In this document: positions 12,791-24,599 of the stretch, one piece after another
How the letters are laid out: every line of letters begins with the position of its first letter
Numbering within the stretch: the first letter of the stretch is position 1
Source: Octopus sinensis
Lineage: Eukaryota
Direction of reading: 5' to 3'
DNA length: 50,863 nucleotides
Assembly (NCBI RefSeq): GCF_006345805.1
Contig: NW_021834161.1
Coordinates: 1 to 50,863, forward strand
Program-made: the position numbers and the translations under genes
Notes under the pieces: generated by a model
Told to the model about the DNA's origin: nothing
Databases searched by the model: none
The model's input: the letters and a program-made list of their open reading frames with translations, nothing else

Positions 12791-13127
12791 TCCAATAAAT
12801 CTATATACAATCATTAATAAGTAGAACGTATCAAAATCATTGGTAATTAGCACTACATTTGCGTACACTCATTTAGTATCACAGTGGCAGGCTAATATTG
12901 TATTTAAGGTCAGACCAAAAATGTTTGGGCACCACTAAAGTAAACCCTCTTCTGAATTTTGCGAAAGCCAAACCAGTGAAGAACTAAATCAATGAACCTC
13001 TAATAACTATAGAAGGACCCTAGACTACATTAGAAAAAAACATTCTCAGATGAGTTTCATATTTATTCCGGTAATAACTGTGGATTACATTATCAATCGC
13101 TTGCTCTCAATTTAATATTGCAACACT

Positions 13128-13330
13128 AAGGCGGTAAGATGGCAGTATCGTTAGCGCTCGGCACTTCGTCCTTCACGTTCTAAGTTCATATTCCGCCAAG
13201 GTCGACTTTACATTTCATCGTTTCTAGATTGAGGAAATAAGTACCAGCGGGACGCTGTGGTCTGTGTAATGTAATGGGTTTAACACCTCACCTGAACCAG
13301 CTGACCTTGGGCCAAGATTTGAAATCAATA
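13128..13330 (+). mobile_element. Diverged SINE family A copy
   Basis: AAGGCGGTAAGATGGCAG...GTTCTAAGTTCATATTCCGCCAAGGTCGACTTTAC. Confidence 0.8.
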
Positions 13331-13385
13331 TTGTAACGTTAACGCAAGAAATTATATAATAACTACTATGTATATTTTTTATTGC

Positions 13386-13590
13386 TCACAGGGGGACAAA
13401 CAAGGACAGGCAAATGGTTTAAGTCGATTATATCGACCCCGGTGTGTAACTGGTACTTATTTAATCGACCCTGTAAGGATGAAACGGAAAGTCGACCTCG
13501 GCGGAGTTTGAACTCAGAACGTAACAGCAGACCAAACACCGCTAAGCATTTCGCCCGGCGTGCTAACGACTCTGCCAGCTCGCTGCCCTT
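13386..13590 (-). mobile_element. SINE family A (A1)
   Basis: Clear reverse complement of the head, B box, central domain and part of the A1 tail. Confidence 0.9.
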
Positions 13591-13959
13591 AATTACTATA
13601 TTACATTATCCCTGATCCACATATGTATGTTTTGATAATTGGTTAATATTATGTTCATTAAATAATTAAACACAAAATTAATATTTTTATATCTATGCTA
13701 TCATTCTCTAAATGTACGTACAGTGATGTAGAATCATGAAAGGCGTATTTCGTTCTTCAGATCAGAAAATGGACACTTAAAATATATCCAGAATGGGCAG
13801 TGTTAGCATTTCTCCATCAATTCATCTTAGTGTCTTGTTCAGATCCGATTATTTTCTTAACTGATTGAGAAAAACTAGAAGCAAATTTGTATATGCATGC
13901 ATTAACCATGTATGCAAACAAATATTTAACATAAGTTTTACCCATCGTGCAACTCTACA

Positions 13960-14400
13960 TTGCTGAACGTGTATCAAAGGAATCGACGAAAATTTAGCGT
14001 CGTTCACATTTGGCAGAAGTAAGTTTCACAGAAGATAGCATATCCTTAACAAAGTCCTGTATGGCGAACTGCATACACCAAGAAACTCCTCCTTATCAGG
14101 CTTTATTCAATGCAGATGAAATCGACATTTTCTTAACTGACTGAGAAAAATGTATGGTGAACTGCATACACCCAAGAAACTCCTCCTTATCAGGCTTTAT
14201 TCAATGCAGATGAAATCGACATTTTCTGGGAAAGAACTGTATTTAGCATCTTTGATCTCACACAAAGAAAGAAACCGCTTCTCGGTTGAACGACGAGAAA
14301 ACCATGCATGGCCATTTCTCGATTTTAGAGACATCAAGCAGAAAAAGAAGATAATGCTCATTCATCGTTGAAACGTAACATGACAAATGAGAAATATCGA
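13960..14400 (+). mobile_element. pogo/Tigger-like DDE transposase relic
   Basis: Translation YQALFNADEIDIFWERTVFSIFDLTQRKKPLLG resembles the pogo motif QVFNADETGLFWK. Contains a local duplication. Confidence 0.5.
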
Positions 14401-14994
14401 AAATTTATCGCTTTCTGATTTGAATGCACACTACAGGATGAGCTGAAACAAAATTTACATCCATTGTTACCGGAATAACTTGCTGTGATGGCTACAATGA
14501 GTAAAAGTGATATTGTAATAAGACTAGTGCTGATATATTTTGAATGTTGTGAGAAAAAGATATTTCTATTAATGATTACTGAGAAGAAACAGTGATTGGC
14601 TAATACATTCTTGTCGGGAATATATGGGAGATAATTTCGATAATGTAGTTTAAATGAATAAAACTAAAACGCGACAAATTTTTAGCAGCAAATTTTTAAT
14701 TCTTCAGCCAATCCGAAATCAAACGTATAGTTATCCCTCTGTATGTACATATATGTGTGAGGGTGTCTGTGCGCGTTTGTGTGTATGTGTATGTGAGTGT
14801 GCTTGTGTTTGTGATTGTGTGTGTTTGTGTGTGTGTTAGTGTGTGTGTTTGTGTGGGGGGGATAATTTTGTGTGTGTGTGTGTGTGTTTACAGAGAATGA
14901 GAGATTTGATGATATATACATAGACAGACAAAGGTTTGTAGGAAACATGCTTTCCTGTAAAGATAGATTTTAGACAATTTATTGGAACCAGGAA

Positions 14995-15430
14995 TAACTT
15001 ACCGTTATGCCCGCGAGTGTTAGGTTAGTTGCGAAGGATAGGAGAGATGTTGCCAGAAAATTGTCGAAAGCCGCTGAGAAAGCAAGATATCGCTCAAGAC
15101 AGACGGTAAATGAAGGAGCATTGAGAATAGTAGGAACTGACCCAAAGGGGCAACATCTGAATCGACAAAGCTCGTAATGGTTTGCGTGTGATTTGTTGCT
15201 TTCGCATCGGTGTAGAAAGAGGCCGATACAGATACACAGCCGCTTCAAAGTCTGATGGGTCATAGACACCACCTGAAATTGAATAATGCAATACCATCAG
15301 CACACACCGGTTTACTTCAAATGTAGTTAAATATAAACAAACACCGCAGTTAAGAACAGACGACCGAGTCCAGTCAAGTCGAAACACCGGTGTCAAAAAG
15401 TCTGCCGACGTCACTGAAGACTGCGATATG
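14995..15430 (+). mobile_element. Possible 3' end of an RLE-type (HERO/R2-superfamily) LINE
   Basis: VRLVAKDRRDVARKLSKAAEKARYRS resembles the C-terminal LSxAAExASxW helix of HERO-like ORFs. A putative 3' UTR follows. Confidence 0.35.
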
Positions 15431-15529
15431 ATGACACATCATTGCTTTATACACACACGCACACACAAACAAACAAACACTAACACAAGTATATATATAC
15501 ATATGTATATGTGTGTTCTATTCTTGTTC

Positions 15530-15641
15530 TTTTCTTCATTTATTTGTTTCAGTCATTTGACTGCGGCCATACTGGAGCACCGCCTTTATTCGGGCAAATC
15601 GACCCAAGCACTTATTCTTTGTAAGCCCAGTTTATCGGTCT

Positions 15642-15645
<4 letters not shown>
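15530..15645 (-). mobile_element. SINE family B, 3' fragment
   Basis: TTCAGTCATTTGACTGCGGCCATACTGGAGCACCGCCTTT...CTTATTCTTTGTAAGCCCAG. Confidence 0.85.
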
Positions 15646-15699
<54 letters not shown>

Positions 15700-15869
15700 G
15701 TATAAAGGTAAATTTCTCCAATTGGTTAAAAGGGAGACGTAATCCTACGGGTCCCGCCTGCAGGGGAAATACGTGTGGATGATGAAAATTAATGGTGTGA
15801 TTAACTACATTATAAAACCTGGGCGTGTAAATCTCTGTTCTCCTGATATTTATAAATATATATTTATTG

Positions 15870-16245
15870 TATTGTGTACCTTCAGGGTACTGTGCCCATG
15901 CTAGGTCAACACATTGAACAATTTTAGCCGAATGAATTAACCCCCACTACTTGTTTTTCTTTTCTCTTTCAAGACTGGTACTATTTTTATTGGCGTCTTT
16001 CGACGAACCACTATGTTGAATAGATTTAGATTAAACAGCGCCGATTGTCACGCTGTGGTTTGTGACACATGCATGCACAAAGGCGCTTAGATCTTACATA
16101 TATATGCATATATGTATGTACAACTAGCGACTTTTAGTTTCTGTCTGCCGAATCCATTTGCAAGTTTATTTTGGTGGACCGGGGTTATAGGAGAAGACAT
16201 CAGAGCAAGGTACCATGCACTGGAACGGAACAATCAACCATGTGA
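15870..16245 (-). mobile_element. Old diverged SINE family B copy
   Basis: Degenerate collinear match to B along its length (CCATGCTAGG...GACGAACCACTA...GTTTCTGTCTGCCGAATCC...GCAAGGTACCATGCACTGG). Confidence 0.6.
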
Positions 16246-16246
16246 T

Positions 16247-16444
16247 CTCTCTTTACTCTTTACTCTTTTACTTGTTTCAGTCATTTGACCGTGGCCATGC
16301 TGGAGCATCGACCCCAGGACTTATTCTTTGTAAGCCTAGTACTTATTCTATCGGTTTCTTTTGCCGAACCGCTAAGTTGCGGGCACGTAAACACACCAGC
16401 ATCGGTTGTCAAGCGATGTTGGGGGAACAAACACACACACACAA

Positions 16445-16475
<31 letters not shown>

Positions 16476-16636
16476 CGATGGGCTTCTTTCAGTTTCCGTC
16501 TACCACACCCACTCAAAGGCTTTGGTCGGCCCGAGGATATAGTAGAAGGCTCTTGCCCAAGGTGCCACGCAGTGGGACTGAACCCGGAACCATGTGGTTC
16601 GTAAGCAAGCTACTTACCACACGGCCACTCCACGTG
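16247..16636 (-). mobile_element. SINE family B, near full length
   Basis: Reverse complement of 7739-8143, with an internal (CA)n(TA)n spacer and a (CTCTTTA)-type tail. Confidence 0.92.
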
Positions 16637-17363
16637 CTGTGTCATGTTTGTGCTTTGTCCCCTTATTTCAAGACTTCTACAGCAATGTGAGATTTGAGTC
16701 TGTCTATTCAGGTAACAATGTCTACGTACAGCTCCATATACTTCTGGAAACCACACAAACCCACACTTACTATCGACAATAAGTGAAGTTAAGCGGCTAA
16801 AGACTGCTTATCATACCATATTTTCACAATATATATTTTCAACATTATTATTGCTTTATCTTTTATATTTGTATTAAATTACTTTTGTAAAATCGTCCAG
16901 CCATTGATAAATGTAATACGAGATATTAATTTTCTAAAACAACACTTAATATAATACATGAAACTAAACTTAAGAGAGACATCTAGGCACGATTTAGTGA
17001 GCGAAACTAAAATTAAGATGGCAGCTATAAATTTGATTGTATACTATTCCGGGTGTAATGGCGGTACTCAGATAATGCATGACAGATAAAATACGATATT
17101 GTTTAATTAATTATTTTGGCTGTAATTTATCCCTCGAGCCAAAACATGTTTTGATGGAAAAGAATGGTGTACTTCCTCGACACAAAATAACTATTTATGA
17201 GTGTTGCTATATATGTGGCTTCTTCCTCACGTACGCACGTGTGTGCGTGTGTATTATGTGCAGACACGTGCTAGATGTATGTGTGTGTGTGTATGTGTAT
17301 TTGTATATGTAAAATTATGTACATACATACACAGATATACACACATATATGAATAAGCATGAG

Positions 17364-17437
<74 letters not shown>

Positions 17438-17441
17438 CATG

Positions 17442-17497
<56 letters not shown>

Positions 17498-18312
17498 GCT
17501 TGGTGTCTGTCCGTCAGTCTTTCTTACTGTCTGTGCATGTATGTATATACGGATTGTTATGTAGAAGAATGTATTGCGTTATGTGTATAAGTGTGTTTGT
17601 GCGAGTGTGTGTCTCTGTGAGTGTGTATGTGTGTATATACGTATTGTTATGTATATGTATGCATTGCGTTGTATGTGTGTGTTTGTGTGAGTGTAACTGT
17701 GTGTGTGAGTATTCCTGTAAATAAATTCGTACATATATGCGTGTGTATATTTATTATTTTTTCCATTAAACTCTATTTTATCAACGTTAACATATAATAA
17801 TATTTGCATATTACATTACATAGGTAGTTTACAATGCTGATTATCTTTCGTCTCAACCGTAGACAATTTAAAGATAAATGAATAAATATATGTCTTTGTG
17901 CGCAAGTGTGTGTGTGTGTATGTGTGTGTGTGCGGATATACATGTGTCCGTAGTTTTCTCTTTAAACGCCAACATGCGACAATGTGTGTGTATAAGCAGA
18001 TTTTCAGCAGTGCATATGTGTGTACAGCTGTAAAACTTTTCTCTCTATAGCCGTGAGAACTGAACATTCTCCTATAAATTTATATATTTATTTAGAATTT
18101 ATCAAGCCAGATCTCCCATTTCTCACTCGCCTTCTACTTAATCTTTATCTTACAGACTTCTATGTCGCCCTGTCGGTCAGCGTGTCATGCTTTCTCTTCA
18201 CTTGTCTCCCTCCCTTTCTTTCTCTCTATCTAGCTGTAGTGAATCCCTGGCAGGAGAGGAATGGTGTGCCTGGCCCCATATATATGTATACAAATATATA
18301 TATGTATGTATG

Positions 18313-18357
<45 letters not shown>

Positions 18358-18384
18358 GTATGTATGTATGTATATATATTTATG

Positions 18385-19217
18385 GTGGTTGTCTACTCAT
18401 TATGCAGTGTTTGACCACCTCCCGTGCCTACACCTGAGCACCATCGTGGCATCTGATGTGGGTTTTTAATCAGACAATCTTTTGAGAAAACACCCACATA
18501 GTTTGTATATCCGATTTGGACCACCAAGAACTGCAGATAGGTTCTGATCTTTGTGGATCTCATAATGTCTTTTGAAGCGTCCATTAGATTTACGGACCTT
18601 TTGGCATACATTGTATTGAAACGTGTGCACAGACAGAATAGTTGGTGGATGTTCGTATTCCATGATTTCGTAAATGAGATTTGAGCCCAGCAAAAGAAAG
18701 GCAGAGTCTGTCACAAACTGTGCACGCAAAAAGGTTATTGTGAATCACCTTCTCGATCGTAACATTATTTCTTAAATCTCTCTTGTGTCTTGCATGCGTT
18801 ATCCTGGCCTCTTCAAACGATTTCATTCCACTCCACAGTTTTGTTCGCCTTCCAGCTCGATCCGAAGCAAGGGTTTCTATGTCTTCTGGATCCATTGCAA
18901 GTGACTTCATAGTAATCCTTATGCCGTCCTTAAACCTTTTTTTTTTTAGTTTTACGCTGATAGAGATTCCCCTCTGCAAGCTCCCCATAAAACACTTGTT
19001 TAGGCATCAGTTCATACGCCATTCGAACAATATGGCCAGACCATCTCATTTGCTTTCTCAAAACCATAGCTTTAATGGAGGTGATGCCTGTAGATGCAAG
19101 GACAGCTGTGTTCGGAGAAAAAGAACTCCATTTAAGGTCTAAAATGTGATGAAGGCATTTTTCATGGAATTGTTTCATAACATGCCCGTGTTTCAGAAGA
19201 ATACAAAGCAGCGTTGA
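18385..19217 (-). mobile_element. RTE-clade (BovB-like) LINE 3' fragment with C-terminal C2H2-type zinc fingers
   Basis: QFHEKCLHHILDLKW...QMRWSGHIVRM..ELMPKQVFYGELAEG, then KRFKDGIR...LASDRAGRR..CTVCDRLCLSFAGLKSHLRNH. Frameshifted. A short 3' UTR leads into a microsatellite tail. Confidence 0.88.
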
Positions 19218-19620
19218 AGAGAATAAAACTTGAGCTTTTCTAGTCAACCCCAATAGTCAAGGCCTATCATGCCATCTATCTTTTTTTGTAATAAACCTTT
19301 GATGTGCTTCAATTTTCATGATACTTGTTTCGTGTAAGGAGTCCACAGTGGGCAACATTATTCAGGGTGGGGTCGGGAGAATGTAAAGAAGAGAATGATT
19401 ACGGTGTGGGTATCGACTGGAAAGTTCTGAAAATCTGGGAACACATTCTGCGGGCCATGTCAACTTTTATGTTTATATGAGCGGCTCAGTTTGAGTTGTT
19501 GTCCACAATTACTTCCAAGTCTTTGATGCTATTGGATGCCTTGAGACTTTCACATGAAGGAAGAGAGTATGGGAGTTTCAGGGTATCCTCTTTTCTGAAG
19601 CGTGTGTTAATCCTCAACAT
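19208..19620 (-). mobile_element. CR1-type LINE fragment (post-RT region)
   Basis: Broken translation IKDLEVIVDNN..AHINIKVDMARRMCSQIFRTFQS...KKIDGMIGLDYWG*LEKLKFYSLQR matches the CR1 KDLGV..D and Y..RL..L.L.SL..RR motifs. Confidence 0.75.
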
Positions 19621-19939
19621 ATATATAATTGTTCTCAGGAACTATTAGACCTGACACCGTGTATTAACTGGTGTTGTTCAAACGATGAATAGCTTAGCGT
19701 AAAACATGGTTCGTTTTGTTCTCTTACTTTATTATCATCTTATAATCATCTCATAATAATGACTTTTATGACTCGTATTACTACCTCAATTAATCTAAAT
19801 GAATATATTGTCTTTACCTGTCATAAATAGCCTTTTTTTATTTACAATGTGCATTTTCGTTGATTTTTCATATTTTACCCTTACATTTCCACGTGTATTT
19901 TATATTTTCTCTTCGTAACATATTTCTACTATATATTTA

Positions 19940-19980
<41 letters not shown>

Positions 19981-20003
19981 TATATATATACACATATATA
20001 TAT

Positions 20004-20057
<54 letters not shown>

Positions 20058-20399
20058 ATATATATACATATATAGTGTTTCGAATTTGTGTGTATTTGTC
20101 TAAATACTTATGGTTGGTTGGATACTTGCATGTGCTCTTTTCATCAGTGCCATTTTCCATGCCGCTAAGGTATGCTGTCGCCTGGGAAACAATTACGCAC
20201 ACACACGCACGTGCGTGCATACTTATATCAATGTACATGAGTGTGTGTGTGTGTATGTGTGATTGTGTCTGTGTGTGAATGTGCCTGTGATCTATCGGGC
20301 AACTGTCCGTGTCAATTTAAATGCGTTTCTCCCACGCTCCTCCCAATCATTTATCTAACCATCTTCTCCCAAGTGTCCAGCAGCCAATATTATGCACAT

Positions 20400-20758
20400 C
20401 TACAGAGACAGCATCATCATCAGGATCACAAAGCAAAAACCATGATCTCCATCATCAAACTGTTCGTTTTTTAAACTTCGATCTCGACGTCAACATCATC
20501 CTTCCCCTTTACCTCCCCTTCTTCCTCATCCTCCTCTCCATCCTTCACATCAGCGTTATAATAATTATTATATAATTATTGTTTATTGTCATCATCGTAG
20601 TCGTTGACGTCATCGTCGTCAGTATCTTCATCATCACAGCCACCAACCAACATCACGGTTGTCATGACCTCTGACGATATGACTATTATCACCTTATTCC
20701 TCCACGTCCTCAGCGTAGTTGTCGTCGTCGTCGTCATGAACATCATCACGAACATCAT

Positions 20759-20790
<32 letters not shown>

Positions 20791-21446
20791 GCAGCCGTTC
20801 AAGAATTTGGACCTGGAGATCTCTAATTTCAGCGACTTCGAGGGCCACACTCCAGTGGTGTCGGGCGTCAACGAAGAGCCCTCGACTACAACAAGACGAC
20901 CAAAGTTTTTTTTTCCAAGGTCTGGGGTCTCGCGCCCCTAAACCATAGGCCATCACCTAATCACCCTTACCTGTCTTGTCGCTTAACAACAACAACAACA
21001 ACAGCAACAACAACAGCAGCAACAACAACATATTCAGCGGCATCCGCATCCGCTGCACTGCATCAGTTGTCATTTCAGAGCTGTTCTTTTCTGTAGATAG
21101 ATGGCCTCCGTTGCGTCTTGCGCACTCCATCCATTTATCATCTCTACAATAGGGACAGACCAGGTTTTGTTAATTGATGAGATTATTGAGACGGATTTTG
21201 CTTCGTCGTAATCATCATCATTATCATCAGCAGTAGCAGGAGCACAGAAACAGCATCATTAGCATCATCATCGTGATTATTATCATCACAAACGTTATCG
21301 TCTTCGTCGCTGTCTTCAGCATCACCGGCCATCACCATATTTCTCCGCCGCTTCCACCACATTCTCATAACCATCACCGTCGTCGTCATCCTCGCCATCA
21401 CCATCATCACCACCATCATCATCATCATTATCATCATCATTAGCAT

Positions 21447-21478
<32 letters not shown>

Positions 21479-21479
21479 G

Positions 21480-21519
<40 letters not shown>

Positions 21520-21545
21520 GTCATCATTAGCATAATCATCATCAC

Positions 21546-21594
<49 letters not shown>

Positions 21595-21743
21595 GTCATC
21601 ATTATCATCATCATTAGCATAATCATCATCACCATCATCATCATCATCATCATCATCATTATCATCATCAGCATCATCATCATCATCATCATCATCATCG
21701 TCATCATTATCATCATCATTAGCATAATCATCATCATCATCAG

Positions 21744-21774
<31 letters not shown>

Positions 21775-21802
21775 TCATCATCATCATCATCATCATTAGC
21801 AT

Positions 21803-21833
<31 letters not shown>

Positions 21834-22130
21834 TCATCATTATCATCAACAGCAGCATCAGCTGCATCATTATTATCATCGTCAACATCATCATCGTCAT
21901 CATCATTATCATCATCATGACCATCATAACCGTCATCATTATCATCATCCTCATAATCATCATCATCGTCGCCAACATCATCATTACCATCGTCGTTGTC
22001 ACCCTCATCCTCATCCTCTCATCGAAGTCACCGCCATTTTCTTCATCGTCAAAATCATAAGCAATAATCGACAGAGGAACAGCAGCAGAACCTGTCCAAA
22101 CAATAGCAACATAATCTATCAAGAACTACA
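20400..22130. repeat. Compound trinucleotide expanse dominated by (CAT)n, with (CAG), (CAA) and (CGT) runs
   Basis: Direct reading. It is the source of the poly-M, poly-I and poly-H ORFs in the track. Confidence 0.95.
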
Positions 22131-22147
22131 GCAGCATTCAACAGCAC

Positions 22148-22191
22148 CACCACCATACCACCACCATACCACCACCATACCACCACCATAC
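22148..22191. repeat. 11-bp minisatellite (CACCACCATAC)x4
   Basis: Direct reading. Confidence 0.9.
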
Positions 22192-22294
22192 CACCAGCTT
22201 TGTAAAACATGGCCTTTGTTACCTTGCAGTGTCTGATGATTACCGAAAAAGGGCATTTTATATTTTCAAATTTTATTTCATCTTTACATTGCTA

Positions 22295-22297
22295 TTC

Positions 22298-22383
<86 letters not shown>

Positions 22384-22415
22384 TACTACTACTACTACTA
22401 CTATTACTACTACTT

Positions 22416-22451
<36 letters not shown>

Positions 22452-22620
22452 TTATTATTATTACTATTATTATTATTATTACTACTACTACTACTGCTAC
22501 TACTACTATTATTACTATTACTATTATTATTATTATTATTACTACTACTACTACGATTATTTTTATTATTATTACTACTACGATTATTATTATTATTATT
22601 TTGATTGTATTATTATTTTT
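22295..22620. repeat. (ATT)n/(ACT)n compound microsatellite
   Basis: Direct reading. Confidence 0.97.
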
Positions 22621-22723
22621 GTTATTATTATCATCGTTATTACTATTATTGGTATTATTAGTATTAAATTATTATTTTTATTATCATGATCACTATTATT
22701 TCAGTAAAGTTTACCCAACCGTC

Positions 22724-22756
<33 letters not shown>

Positions 22757-23293
22757 CACACACACACACACACACTCTTTCTGTCTCTCTCTTTCTCTCT
22801 AAGCCACCCAACATCGCACCGCCGTTGCCATCCCCACCAGGTATTTGTTAATCTTAATAACTGGATTTATTTGATATTTTCGATTTATTTCGAATGTGTA
22901 CGACGAGACTTCAGTTTGATGTTACAGTGGAATATTTTCGTTAAATTCCCACAAGTATAAACTGATTAATAAAATTCTATTAAACGGCCAAATTGTCGAT
23001 TCATATGAGAAATATAACGGTAAATAGTTCTACAGAATTCAGCTATTCAAAAATGATTGGATTTTAATTAAAATTGTTTTTGAAAAAAATAAATATCATC
23101 GAACGAAAAAAAAAATGAAGTTATCAGAAAAATTCAACCGAAAATAAACAGCCTCAGCGAAATATAAATAGACTTTAAATGTAACTGTTTTATTTGGCCC
23201 TGAAGGGGGAAAAAAATTAAAATAAAATTTTTATACAAACCGCAGATGAAAATAAAATGTTTACCCGTAATATTCTCTAAAAGTATAATAATG

Positions 23294-23371
<78 letters not shown>

Positions 23372-23499
23372 CATTAGTAATAGTAATAGCGTTAAAAAAA
23401 TAGTTTATAGTTATAATTTTTGAAAATTATTTTTATTGCTATCATAATATTTGTCGTTGCTGTTGTTGTTGTTGTTGTTGTTATCATCATCATCATCAA

Positions 23500-23553
<54 letters not shown>

Positions 23554-23674
23554 TTTTTAATCACGTAAACGATGAAAAATTATAATCGTAATTGAAAAAA
23601 AAAACTGAAAATGAGATTAAATTGTGTGCCGAAAATATGCTTTCAAACAATAATACCTATAATATCAGTTTTCA

Positions 23675-23744
<70 letters not shown>

Positions 23745-23790
23745 ACTACTACTACTACTACTAACATTACTACTACTACTACTACTACTA

Positions 23791-23915
23791 AATTTATCGA
23801 CCCCCCCCCGAAAAGATAAAAGGCAGTCTTGAGCTCGGCAGAATTTCTACTCAGGACGTAAAGACGGACGAAATGCCGCTAAGCATTTTGTCCGGGATAA
23901 TAATGATTCTGTCAG
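23791..23915 (-). mobile_element. SINE family A, 5' part, adjoining an (ACT)n array
   Basis: AATTTATCGACCCC...CTCAGGACGTAAAGACGGACGAAATGCCGCTAAGCATTT. Confidence 0.75.
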
Positions 23916-24102
23916 ATAAAATTAGTGTTCATGATGATGGTGGCTATGATAATGATATTGGTAACTATATAAAGCTTTTATAATCATTCAATAAGGTGGT
24001 GAGAGACAGAGAGAGCATGCTTTACTACTGCTCATTAAAAGTAAACTTCGCAGAACGGGTACCTATATATATATGTGTACCTTTCAATATGTGACCTCGT
24101 GA

Positions 24103-24300
24103 GTACCGCTGGCGATTTTCTTTTCCTCTGTCTTCCCTTCTCGGGATCTTTCCTTCTCCTATGTTTCCGACGAAGAGCTCCACTCGAAACATTAAACCCT
24201 CTTCCTCTTCCCTTCTTTCCTGAGCGTCCAATAATACTTTATTTGTTCCACGTCCTCGCGTTGTTGTGTTTTTTTGGTGTTTTCTTGTTTGGATTAACTA
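24103..24300 (+). mobile_element. Penelope-type terminal repeat (pseudo-LTR) with a hammerhead-like motif
   Basis: Near-identical to 27204-27392. Contains GTTTCCGACGAAGAGCTCCACTCGAAACATTAAAC and ends in a (TA)n tract. Confidence 0.6.
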
Positions 24301-24301
24301 C

Positions 24302-24402
<101 letters not shown>

Positions 24403-24599
24403 TAAGTGTATGTGCGTGTATGTGTTTGAAAAATATTTTACTTCACGTTGCTCCAGTCCACTCAGCTGGCATAATGAGTAGCACCTGTATTTCAAAGGGG
24501 CCAGCCTTTACACATTCTGTGTCATGCTGAATGTCCCTGGGAACAATTGCGTTAAGGGTACACGTGTCTGTGGAGTGCTCAACCAAACCAATTGCACGG

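Noticed and set aside
18154-18173. Strong-looking acceptor CTTAATCTTTATCTTACAG followed by about 20 nt and GTCAGC
   Set aside because: Donor is weak and pyrimidine-rich DNA produces such acceptors frequently.
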